NCBI GenBank assembly: GCA_021816695.1
Contig: JAKAXE010000002.1
Location: forward strand, 28,914 to 92,913
Length of the DNA stretch: 64,000 nt
Direction of reading: 5' to 3'
Source of the DNA: a bacterium
GTDB taxonomy: Bacteria; Chloroflexota; Dormibacteria; Aeolococcales; Bog-877
The translations under genes and the position numbers were made by a program. Below the pieces are notes generated by a model that had not been told where the DNA came from, made no database searches, and worked only from the letters and a program-made list of their open reading frames with translations. This document shows, piece after piece, positions 45,230 to 53,987 of this stretch (position 1 is the first letter of the stretch; every line of letters begins with the position of its first letter).

Positions 45230-47925
45230 GACCTCACCCTCAGGGCCTCCACGTGGGCCGCGGCCTGGGCCACGGCCGCCCCGGCGTGGAGGATCGACTC
45301 GGGGATGTCCTTGGCCCCGGAAGCCGCGCCGGCGACGAACACACCCTCGATGCTGGTCTGCCCGGGGTTGAGGTCCTCGTCCACCTCCTCCACGTAGTAG
45401 TAGGGGTCGTGCTGGAGCTCGCCGGCACCGAACAGCTGGCGGGTGTCCAGGTTGGGCTGCACACCCACAGCCAGGACCACCAGGTCGAACTCGGCCTCCC
45501 GGATCTCGCCACCGTGCTCTATGTCCTCGTAGCGAAGGACGAGGTCGCCGTTGTCCAGCTCTCGGATCTCGGCGATCCGGCCCTTGATGAAGGTGGTTCC
45601 CATCGCCTCGGCCTGGACGTAGAACTCGTCATACCCCTTGCCGGCGGTGCGCACGTCGATGGTGAAGACGGTGACGTCAGCCAGGGGCAGGGCGCCCATG
45701 ATGAGCTGGTTCTGCTTGATCGAGTACATGCAGCAGATCCGGGAGCAGAGCGGGTTGCCCACGGTCTGGTCCCGCGACCCGGTGCACATCACGTAGGCGA
45801 TCCGCTCGGGGACCTTTCCATCCCCCGGCCTGAGCACGGTGTTGAAGGGCCGGGTCGGAGCCAGCAGCCGGTCCATCTGCATCCCGGTGATGACATTCTT
45901 GAAGCGACCGAACCCGTACTGGGGCTTGAGGTCCGCCGGGAACAGCTTGAAGCCGGTGGATACCACCACCGCCGCCACCTCGGTCTCCACCTTCTCCGGT
46001 CGCATGTCCAGATGGATGGCGTCCGCGGGGCACACGTTCACGCACTCGTGGCACTCGGAGCACACCCCGCAGTCCAGGCAGCGTCCGGCGCTGTAGTGCA
46101 CCTCGGCCTCACTCAGGGGAGCCTCGATCTCGTGGAAGTCGCGGGGATCCAGGACCAGCTCCTTGCCCGACCCCAAGGCATCCTTCCGGCTGTGTGTCTT
46201 CTGCCGCCGCAGCACATCCTGGGCCTCGACCCGGGGCAGAAGCAGATTGAACTCCTCCGGGTCAAACGCCTGGGAGTTGAGGAAGTGGTCGATCATGTGG
46301 GCGGCCCGGCGGCCCTGGCCGACCGCGGTCGTGATCATGGTGGCGCCGTCAACCACGTCCCCGCAGGCGAAGATCTTGGGGACCCGAGACTGCAGCGTGC
46401 CCGGATCAACCGCCAGAGTCCCGTTTCCCCGCCGGTCGAGCAGGGGGGCGAAGGATTCGGTGTCGGGCCCCATCCCGATCGCTACCACCACTAGGTCGCA
46501 GGCGATGCTCTGGCGCGCGCTCTCGTCATAAGTGGGATGGAAGCGGCCCAGGGCGTCGAATACCGCGGTGCAGCGCTTTAACTCGATTCCCTCCACCCGG
46601 TCTTGGCCTTGGACCCTGGCGATGCCCCAGCCATCCTCCAGCTGGACCCCCTCGGCCAGAGCCTCGTCAACCTCCCAGTCGAAGGCCGGCATCTCCGAAC
46701 GGCCCTCCAGGCACACCTCGGTCACGGCGAGGGCCCCCAGCCGGCGGGCCGAGCGGGCCGCGTCGATGGCGACGTTGCCACCGCCCACGACCACCACCCG
46801 CTTACCACTCACGTCCATGCCCCGGCCCAGCTTGCTGGTCTCGAGGAAGTCCAGGGAGGGCACCACCTGGGGAAGCTCCTCGCCCTCCACCCCGAGGCGC
46901 CCAGACCGCGGTGTCCCGGTCGCCACCAGCACAGCGTCAAAGCCCCGATCGGAAAGCTCACCCAGATCGGTCACCCGGTGATTGAGCTCGATCTCAACCC
47001 CGATCGCGGTGACGTTGCCCACGTCCTCCGCTACCACCTCGCTCGGTAGCCGGTAGTTCGGGATGGTGAGGCCGAGGGCCCCTCCAGCCACCGGCCCCGC
47101 CTCGTAGATCTTCACCTCGTGTCCCAGCAGGCGCAGCTGCCAGGCCGCGGTGAGGCCGGCCGGTCCGGAGCCCACGATCGCCACCCGCTTCCCGGTCGTC
47201 GACCCGGGCTCGACTCCCAGGGGGAGCTCGGACTGGTAGTGGGTGTCGGCGACGAAGCGCTTGATCCGGCGGATCGGCACGGGTCCCTCAAGCGATCCGC
47301 GCGAGCAGCCGTCCTCACAGGGCGCGAAGCAGGCCCGCCCGAGGCTACCCACCAGGGGAGTGCTCTCCAGGACCAGGTTGAACGCCTTCTCGTACTCGCC
47401 ACTCCGCGCCAGGGAGACGTACCCATGGGCCTTGATGCCGGCCGGGCAATCGAAGGTGCAGGGCGACGTGCCCGGCCTTTCGATGACCGCCTTCTTGGGC
47501 ACGGCCTGGGGGAAGGGGATGTACGCGGCCCGCCTGGACACCAGGTCGGCGTTGAACTGGTCGGGTACGGCCACCGTGCAGGCCTGCTCACATAGCTGGC
47601 AGCCGGTGCAGGCGGCCTCGTCGACGAACCGTGGGTTCTGGCGGATCGACACCGAGAAAGTGCCGTCTTGGCGGCGCTGGATCCTCTCCACCTCCGCGTA
47701 GGTGCGGACGGTGATGTTGGGATGGTGGATGGTCGCCGCCATCTTGGGCGTGGAGATGCAGCTGGCGCAGTCCAGGGTGGGGAACACCTTGCTGAGGAGG
47801 ATCATCTTCCCCCCCACCGAGGCCTCCTTCTCGACCACCAGGACCCGATAGCCCATGTCCCCGAGCTTGAGGGCGGACTCCATCCCCCCGATTCCGCTTC
47901 CAATCACCAGGACGTCGTAGTCCAT
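45226..47925 (-). CDS. Large HdrA paralogue interrupted by a GltD/NfnB-like NAD(P)H-binding module (HdrL-like)
   Basis: Start trimmed to ATG comp(47923-47925): MDYDVLVIGSGIGGMESA (HdrA FAD site). aa ~155-550 have GltD-type motifs: CPAGIKAHGY, CFAPCEDGC, KRVAIVGSGPAGLTAA, KRVVVVGGGNVAIDAA, ACGDVV...AVGQGRRAA. Then come a ferredoxin motif CLDCGVCSECHECVNVCP and the HdrA C-half (CTGSRD...LCSRICC). Confidence 0.8.
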   Translation of the reverse strand: MDYDVLVIGSGIGGMESALKLGDMGYRVLVVEKEASVGGKMILLSKVFPTLDCASCISTPKMAATIHHPNITVRTYAEVERIQRRQDGTFSVSIRQNPRFVDEAACTGCQLCEQACTVAVPDQFNADLVSRRAAYIPFPQAVPKKAVIERPGTSPCTFDCPAGIKAHGYVSLARSGEYEKAFNLVLESTPLVGSLGRACFAPCEDGCSRGSLEGPVPIRRIKRFVADTHYQSELPLGVEPGSTTGKRVAIVGSGPAGLTAAWQLRLLGHEVKIYEAGPVAGGALGLTIPNYRLPSEVVAEDVGNVTAIGVEIELNHRVTDLGELSDRGFDAVLVATGTPRSGRLGVEGEELPQVVPSLDFLETSKLGRGMDVSGKRVVVVGGGNVAIDAARSARRLGALAVTEVCLEGRSEMPAFDWEVDEALAEGVQLEDGWGIARVQGQDRVEGIELKRCTAVFDALGRFHPTYDESARQSIACDLVVVAIGMGPDTESFAPLLDRRGNGTLAVDPGTLQSRVPKIFACGDVVDGATMITTAVGQGRRAAHMIDHFLNSQAFDPEEFNLLLPRVEAQDVLRRQKTHSRKDALGSGKELVLDPRDFHEIEAPLSEAEVHYSAGRCLDCGVCSECHECVNVCPADAIHLDMRPEKVETEVAAVVVSTGFKLFPADLKPQYGFGRFKNVITGMQMDRLLAPTRPFNTVLRPGDGKVPERIAYVMCTGSRDQTVGNPLCSRICCMYSIKQNQLIMGALPLADVTVFTIDVRTAGKGYDEFYVQAEAMGTTFIKGRIAEIRELDNGDLVLRYEDIEHGGEIREAEFDLVVLAVGVQPNLDTRQLFGAGELQHDPYYYVEEVDEDLNPGQTSIEGVFVAGAASGAKDIPESILHAGAAVAQAAAHVEALRVRS

Positions 47926-47927
47926 GG

Positions 47928-48371
47928 CTATGCCACCCCGACCGGGCCTAGCTCCAGCAGCTGGGCTTCGAACTCGTGCATGTACTTCACGAAGGGCTCG
48001 GCGCAGACCGAGCAGATGGCCGCCATCTTGAGGCGCTCCGGGGCGTACCCCTTCTCCGCCATCATCGCCTGCGCCCTCTCGAAAACCTTGGCCGACCGCT
48101 CCGAGCAGTCGGTGAGGTAGCTGCACTCCTCGCCGTCGGAGGCGATGAAGACCCCATCGAACCCCTGGTCGAAGGCGTGGGCGATCCACTCCGGGGCGAT
48201 CCCGCTGCTGCAGGGAACCGCGATCGTCATGGCCCGGGGGGAGTAGTGCAGATGCGAGCTGCCCGCCAGGTCGATCCCCGGATCCGAGATGTTATTGGTG
48301 GAGAACACCAGGATCTTGGGGCTGAAGGTGGTTCCCGCCGTGGGCGCCGGCGGCGCCATGGTGGTTGCCAT
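47928..48371 (-). CDS. mvhD: MvhD/FlpD-like (methyl-viologen-reducing hydrogenase delta subunit family) protein, cysteine pattern divergent
   Basis: KILVFSTNNISDPGIDLAG...IAVPCSSGI...GFDGVFIASDGEECSY aligns by eye with the MvhD blocks (C-C-N-W-C-S-Y, M-C-x-G-R, G-A-D-G-V, G-C-x-x-G-D-C-H-Y). Several canonical Cys are replaced. Confidence 0.7.
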   Translation of the reverse strand: MATTMAPPAPTAGTTFSPKILVFSTNNISDPGIDLAGSSHLHYSPRAMTIAVPCSSGIAPEWIAHAFDQGFDGVFIASDGEECSYLTDCSERSAKVFERAQAMMAEKGYAPERLKMAAICSVCAEPFVKYMHEFEAQLLELGPVGVA

Positions 48372-48377
48372 GGCCGG

Positions 48378-48635
48378 TTACTTCATCCTCCTCACGAAGC
48401 ACTTGAAGTAGCCCTGCTCGTCCACTACCCCAAGGAACTCGTGTCCCATCTTGGCCGCCCAGGCCGGAAGGTCCTTCTTGGTTCCGGAGTCGGTGGAGAG
48501 CACCGCCATCACATCGCCGACCTTGACCTCGACTATTCCCTTCTTGGCCGCCAGGATGGGACCGGGGCAGGAGGTTCCCCGGGCATCGACCGTCTTCTGG
48601 GCCTCCAACGCCGTCAGCTGCTCGACTGCCATCAT
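48378..48635 (-). CDS. tusA: TusA/SirA-family sulfur-carrier protein
   Basis: 85 aa. VDARGTSCPGPILAAKK matches the TusA D-x-R-G-x-x-C-P-x-P active-site motif. SD GAGGAGG upstream. First gene of the operon. Confidence 0.85.
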   Translation of the reverse strand: MMAVEQLTALEAQKTVDARGTSCPGPILAAKKGIVEVKVGDVMAVLSTDSGTKKDLPAWAAKMGHEFLGVVDEQGYFKCFVRRMK

Positions 48636-48810
48636 GGGTCACCTCCTCGGCGCTTCGGCGCCGGTCTCTTGATCGGGTGATCCCAGCGTAGGTTCGGCCT
48701 CAGCACGCACTACAGCAGGGAATCACCCAGTACCCCCCGGGGTTCACGCCCGCCCGCCCTCAGGTGGAGGAGGGCAGCGCCGGAGAGGGAGCGGGCGCTA
48801 CAGTCTTGGC

Positions 48811-49266
48811 GTGGACACTGAACCCAGCTTCATGGCCGCACATCTCCTGGATTGCCTCGGGACGGCCATGACTGCCGGCCCCAGCGAGGAACTCGCCCCC
48901 TACCGGGCAGGTGCCGCAAAGCTCGGCTCCGACGAGCGGGCTGAGTGGCACCGCGCCTTCGTGTGCGCCCGCTGGGCGGTTGAGGTCGCCTCGCAACCGG
49001 AGCACGGCCACCTGGCCCACATCCTGTCCACCTCGCGCGAGGCTGTCCGACTATTCGGCGACGCCGTGGCCACGGAGGCCGGGCGCCTTGTACCTGAGGC
49101 GGGCTGGCGTGTGTCCGCCCCGTTCGCTGCGGAGATCGCCTGGGTGGATGAGGCGTGCCGGCTGGCCGGCGAGGTGGCTCGCGAGCGTGGCTGGGGGGCC
49201 GTCCCGTGGCGCCGCCTGCTGGAGTCAGTCCTGGCGGTGCCGGACCCGGGGCCCCAGCCCGCCTGA
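48811..49266 (+). CDS. Hypothetical protein
   Basis: 151-aa ORF (GTG start; ATG at 48832 is an alternative), divergent from tusA. Composition looks coding. No family recognised. Confidence 0.4.
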   Translation: MDTEPSFMAAHLLDCLGTAMTAGPSEELAPYRAGAAKLGSDERAEWHRAFVCARWAVEVASQPEHGHLAHILSTSREAVRLFGDAVATEAGRLVPEAGWRVSAPFAAEIAWVDEACRLAGEVARERGWGAVPWRRLLESVLAVPDPGPQPA

Positions 49267-49291
49267 CGGTCGGGCTGGGGAACCCGGCCGG

Positions 49292-51991
49292 TCAGACGTC
49301 CTTGGCACCCCCCTCAGCGAGCCGGGCTTGGGCGGCAGCCAGCCGGGCCCCGGGGACCCGGAAAGGAGAGCTGGAGACGTAGTCCAGGCCGAGGCGCTCG
49401 CAGATAGCGATCGACTGGGCGTCGCCCCCGTGCTCTCCGCAGATCCCCACCTCCAGGTCCGGTTTCGTCCCCCTCCCCTCCTGGACCGCCAGCCCCATGA
49501 GGCGGCCGACGCCGTCCGGGTCCAGGTGCTCGAAGGGATTGGCGGGCAGGATGCCGTCCTCGACGTAGCGGCGCAGGAACTTGCCCTCGGCGTCGTCCCG
49601 CGACACCCCAAAGGTCATCTGGGTCAGGTCGTTGGTGCCGAAGGAGAAGAACTGGGCGTGCTCGGCGATGGCCCCTGCGGTCAGGGCCGCACGCGGGACC
49701 TCGATCATGGTCCCGATCTTGGTCTCGAAGCGCACCCCCTGCTCCTTGGCCACCTGCTTCAGGGTGGCCTCGATCACCAAGCGGGAGCGCCGGAGCTCCT
49801 CGGCGTGCCCCACGAGCGGCACCATGATCTCGGGGATGGCGCGGACGCGCCGCTGGCGCAGCTGCGATGCCGCCTCGGCGATGGCCCGCACCTGCATCTC
49901 GATGATCTCAGGGAAAAGCAGGCCGAGCCGGCATCCTCGGAGTCCCAGCATGGGGTTCTGCTCCCGCAGCTCCTCGACCGCAGCCAGAAGTCGCTCCGCC
50001 CGCTGCAGCTTCTTTCCGCTCTTCTTCAGTGCCCTGAGCCGGGTCACCTCCTCGAGCAGCTCGTCGTGGCTGGGCAGGAACTCGTGGAGGGGCGGGTCGA
50101 TGAGCCGGATGATCACCGGGAGCCCCTGCATGGCCTCCAGGATTCCGAGGAAGTCCTCCCGCTGGAAGGGCAGGAGCTGGTCCAGCGCCTCCCTGCGAGC
50201 GGTCGAGTCCTGGGCCAGGATCATCGCCTGCACATGGGGAAGCCGCTCCTGCTGCATGAACATGTGCTCAGTCCGGCAGAGCCCGATCCCCTGGGCCCCG
50301 AATTCCCGGGCCCGGCGGGCATCCTCAGGGGTGTCGGCGTTGGCATAGACCTTGAGGCGCCGCACCTGGTCGGCCATCTTGAGAAGCTTCTCGAGGTCTC
50401 CGGACACCCCGGCCTCGACCATGGGGACCGAACCCTGGATCACCCGACCGGTGGTCCCGTCGATGGTGATGAGGTCTCCTTCCTTAATCGTCACCCCGTC
50501 AGCGACAAAGCGCCGCTTCTCGAGGTCCACCCGGATCCCGTCGCAGCCGGCCACGCAGGGCTTCCCCATCCCCCTGGCCACCACCGCGGCGTGCGAGGTC
50601 CGGCCACCCCGCGAGGTGAGCACACCCTCGGCGGCGATCATCCCGTGCACGTCATCAGGGTTGGTCTCGATGCGCACCAGGATGGACCGCTGCCCCTTCT
50701 TGGCCATCTCCTCGGCCCGGTCGGCGTCGAAGACCGCCGCCCCGGTGGCCGCTCCGGGGGAGGCGGCCAGGCCCTGGGCCAGCACCTTGACATCCGCCCT
50801 CGGGTCGATCGCTCGATGGAGGAGGTGGTCCACCTGCTCCGGCTCCACCCGGGACAGGGCCTCCTCGCGGGTGATCAACCCCTCGTCCACCATGTCCACG
50901 GCGATCTTGACCGCAGCGGCCGCGGTGCGCTTACCGGTGCGCGTCTGCAGCATGTAGAGCTTGCCCCGCTCGATAGTGAACTCCATGTCCTGCACGTCCC
51001 GGTAGTGCCGCTCCAGCTTCTCGGCGATCTCCTGAAACTGCCGGTACACCTCCGGCAGGCTGCTCTCCAGGGTGGCGATCGGCTGGGGGGTGCGGATCCC
51101 GGCCACCACGTCCTCGCCCTGGGCGTTGAGCAGGTACTCGCCGTAGAGCCGGCGCTCCCCGGTGGAGGGGTCGCGGGTGAAGGCCACCCCGGTGCCGGAG
51201 TCCTGGCCCATGTTCCCGAAGACCATGGCCTGCACGTTGACGGCGGTCCCCAGGGTGTGGGGGATGTGGTTGTACTCGCGATAGGCGATGGCCCGCTTGC
51301 CGTTCCAGGAGGAGAAGACCGCGGCTATCGCCCCGGTCAGCTGCTCCCAGGGCTCCTCCGGGAAGGGTTTGCCGGTCCGGCGCTCGATGATGCCACGGTA
51401 GGTGGCCGCCAGCTTCTCCAGGGACTCGGGGTCGAGCTCGGCGTCCGTCTTCACGCCCTGGCGACCCTTGGCCGCCTCCAGCTCCTCGTCGAAGAGCTCA
51501 CCCTCGATGCCGAGCACGATCCGCCCATACATCTGGACGAACCTCCGGTAGGCATCCCGGGCGAAGCGCAGGTCCCCGGTGGCCTGGGCCAGCCCCTCCA
51601 GGGTCATCTCGTTGAGGCCGAGGTTGAGGACCGTGTCCATCATGCCCGGCATCGAGAAGGCGGCACCGGAGCGCACCGAGACCAGGAGTGGGTCCTTGGG
51701 GTCACCGAAGCGCCGGCCGGCGGTCGACTCCAGCCTCTGAAGGTGAGTCCGGACCTCCTCCATCATCCCTTCCGGGAAGGTCCCCTTCTCCAAATACGCC
51801 AGACAAGCCTCGGTGGTGATGGTGAACCCCGGAGGGACGGGCAGCCCCGCCCGGGTCATCTCGGCCACTCCCGCACCCTTTCCCCCGAGCAGGCCCCGCA
51901 TCTCCGCGTTGCCCTCCTCGAAGTCGTACACGAACTTGCGGGCGGCGGCGGCCTTGGCCCGCGGACGGGTCCTGGCAACGGTTTGTGACAT
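49292..51991 (-). CDS. ppdK: Pyruvate, phosphate dikinase
   Basis: Start trimmed to ATG comp(51989-51991) behind SD AAGGAGG. N-terminus FVYDFEEGNAEMRGLLGGKGAGVAEM, phospho-His region GGRTSHAAVVARGMGKPCV, C-terminal PEP-utiliser TIM barrel (FFSFGTNDLTQ). 899 aa. Confidence 0.95.
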   Translation of the reverse strand: MSQTVARTRPRAKAAAARKFVYDFEEGNAEMRGLLGGKGAGVAEMTRAGLPVPPGFTITTEACLAYLEKGTFPEGMMEEVRTHLQRLESTAGRRFGDPKDPLLVSVRSGAAFSMPGMMDTVLNLGLNEMTLEGLAQATGDLRFARDAYRRFVQMYGRIVLGIEGELFDEELEAAKGRQGVKTDAELDPESLEKLAATYRGIIERRTGKPFPEEPWEQLTGAIAAVFSSWNGKRAIAYREYNHIPHTLGTAVNVQAMVFGNMGQDSGTGVAFTRDPSTGERRLYGEYLLNAQGEDVVAGIRTPQPIATLESSLPEVYRQFQEIAEKLERHYRDVQDMEFTIERGKLYMLQTRTGKRTAAAAVKIAVDMVDEGLITREEALSRVEPEQVDHLLHRAIDPRADVKVLAQGLAASPGAATGAAVFDADRAEEMAKKGQRSILVRIETNPDDVHGMIAAEGVLTSRGGRTSHAAVVARGMGKPCVAGCDGIRVDLEKRRFVADGVTIKEGDLITIDGTTGRVIQGSVPMVEAGVSGDLEKLLKMADQVRRLKVYANADTPEDARRAREFGAQGIGLCRTEHMFMQQERLPHVQAMILAQDSTARREALDQLLPFQREDFLGILEAMQGLPVIIRLIDPPLHEFLPSHDELLEEVTRLRALKKSGKKLQRAERLLAAVEELREQNPMLGLRGCRLGLLFPEIIEMQVRAIAEAASQLRQRRVRAIPEIMVPLVGHAEELRRSRLVIEATLKQVAKEQGVRFETKIGTMIEVPRAALTAGAIAEHAQFFSFGTNDLTQMTFGVSRDDAEGKFLRRYVEDGILPANPFEHLDPDGVGRLMGLAVQEGRGTKPDLEVGICGEHGGDAQSIAICERLGLDYVSSSPFRVPGARLAAAQARLAEGGAKDV

Positions 51992-52120
51992 GGATGCTGG
52001 CCTCCTTTCCCCTTGAATCCTCCCTCCCGTGAGTTTAGACCGGCCAACTGCCCGGACTCCGCGCCGAACGATAAGATCGCCCGGGGTTGAGTTGAACAAA
52101 AGCGAGGAAGGCTAGACCGG

Positions 52121-53965
52121 ATGGCGATGCGCATGGGAGGGGGGCCCCGCCGCCTGATGGCTGGATACCAGCAGGAGCGCCCTCCGGGGAAGATCCAGCG
52201 CAGCACCCTCCTCAGGGTGCTCCGCCTCTTCCGCCCCTACCGGTGGAAGGTCACCGGGGTGCTTCTGATCCTGGTGGTGGTGGCCGGCCTGGGGATCGTC
52301 AACCCGGTGATGCTGAAGCTGATCATCGACGACGCCATCTTGAAGCGCAACGTCCATCTGCTCCTCATCTTCGTAGGGGTGATGGTGATAACCCCGGTGG
52401 TGAGCACCGGGCTCGGGGTCTGGCAGACCTACCTCAACGCCGTGGTCGGCCAGCGGATGATGCAGGACCTCAGGGTCGCCCTCTACAGCCACCTCCAGAG
52501 CCTGCCGCTCAGGTTCTTCACCGCCACCCGTACCGGGGAGATCCAGTCGCGGCTCACCAACGACGTCGGCGGGGTGGACTCGGTGATCACCAACACCGCC
52601 ACCAGCATCGTCTCCAACCTGACCAGGGCGGCAGCCACCCTGACCGGCATGGCGGTTCTCAGCTGGCAGCTGACCCTCCTTTCGGTGGTTCTGATGCCCG
52701 TCTTCCTGCTGGTGACGGCCCGGGTGGGTGAGGTGCGCAGGAAGGTCAGCGCGGACACCCAGTCCACCCTGGCCGACCTATCGGCGATCGCCGAGGAGAC
52801 GCTCTCGGTGAGTGGGATCCTTCTCAGCAAGGTCTTCGGCCGGGAGAAGGTCACCCAACAGAGGTACGTCACCGAGACCGGCCGGCTCACCGATCTCATG
52901 ATCCGCCAGCAGATGGTGGGGAGGTGGTTCTTCGGATTCATCTCCACCTTCTTCTCCATCCTGCCCGCCCTCGTTTACCTGGTGGCTGGGGTCTTCCTCG
53001 GCGCCGGCCGGACCGGGGGGGCGTCGGTGGGCACGCTGGTGGCCTTCACCACCTTCCAATCGCAGCTCTTCTTCCCGGTCGGGCAGCTGCTCAACATCCA
53101 GGTCGAGCTGCAGGGCGCTCTGGCCCTCTTCGAGCGCATCTTCCAGTACCTGGACGAGAAGGTGGAGATCCAGGACCGGGAGGGAGCGCTGGCCATCCCG
53201 GCGGCCTCGATCCGAGGAGAGCTGGCCTTCGAGGGCGCCACCTTCCAGTACGAGCCGGACTCTCCGCCCGCGGTGCGGGACGTCTCCTTCCACGCCAGCC
53301 CGGGCCAGCTGATCGCCTTGGTCGGACACAGCGGAGCCGGCAAGAGCACTCTCACCTACCTGGCAGCCCGCCTCTACGACGTGGACGAAGGCCGGGTAAC
53401 CCTGGACGGCCACGATCTTCGGGACCTGACCCAGGAGACTCTCCGGGATGCCATCGCCGTCGTGACCCAGGAGACGTTCCTCTTCCACGGCACCATCCGG
53501 GAGAACCTTCTGGTCGGCAAGGCCGACGCCGGCCAGGAGGAGCTGGAGCAGGCCGCCCGGGCGGCCTCCATCCACGATCGGATCATGGAGCTCCCCGACG
53601 GGTACGACACCATGACCGGGGAGCGGGGCTACCGCCTCAGCGGTGGGGAGAAGCAGAGGGTGGCGCTGGCCCGGGCCATCCTCAAGAACCCCAGGGTGCT
53701 GGTCCTGGACGAGGCCACCAGCGCCCTGGACACCCACAGCGAGCGGGCCATCCAGTCAGCGCTGGAGAAGCTGATGGGGGGACGGACGACCATCGCCATC
53801 GCCCACCGCCTCTCCACCATCCTGGCCGCGGACCAGATCCTGGTCCTGGACCACGGTGAGATAGTGGAGCGGGGCACGCACACTGAGCTCCTCGCCCAGG
53901 AGGGGGTCTACTCCCGCCTCTACTTCGAACAGTTCGCCAACTCAGACCTGGAGCGGGTGGGATGA
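52121..53965 (+). CDS. ABC exporter, fused permease/ATPase (MsbA/ABCB-like)
   Basis: Six TM helices followed by Walker A GHSGAGKST, signature LSGGEKQR and Walker B VLVLDEATS. 614 aa. Confidence 0.9.
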   Translation: MAMRMGGGPRRLMAGYQQERPPGKIQRSTLLRVLRLFRPYRWKVTGVLLILVVVAGLGIVNPVMLKLIIDDAILKRNVHLLLIFVGVMVITPVVSTGLGVWQTYLNAVVGQRMMQDLRVALYSHLQSLPLRFFTATRTGEIQSRLTNDVGGVDSVITNTATSIVSNLTRAAATLTGMAVLSWQLTLLSVVLMPVFLLVTARVGEVRRKVSADTQSTLADLSAIAEETLSVSGILLSKVFGREKVTQQRYVTETGRLTDLMIRQQMVGRWFFGFISTFFSILPALVYLVAGVFLGAGRTGGASVGTLVAFTTFQSQLFFPVGQLLNIQVELQGALALFERIFQYLDEKVEIQDREGALAIPAASIRGELAFEGATFQYEPDSPPAVRDVSFHASPGQLIALVGHSGAGKSTLTYLAARLYDVDEGRVTLDGHDLRDLTQETLRDAIAVVTQETFLFHGTIRENLLVGKADAGQEELEQAARAASIHDRIMELPDGYDTMTGERGYRLSGGEKQRVALARAILKNPRVLVLDEATSALDTHSERAIQSALEKLMGGRTTIAIAHRLSTILAADQILVLDHGEIVERGTHTELLAQEGVYSRLYFEQFANSDLERVG

Positions 53966-53987
53966 GCCGAGCCTCGGCTCTCGTCTC

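Noticed and set aside
43331-45397. 688-aa plus-strand ORF across the hdrA region
   Set aside because: Antisense shadow of hdrA/hdrL, with no motifs. The minus-strand genes carry complete FAD and FeS signatures.
48911-51988. 1025-aa plus-strand ORF
   Set aside because: It lies antisense to pyruvate phosphate dikinase, whose translation is unambiguous. The plus-strand product is low-complexity (G/P/R/L/H/D repeats).
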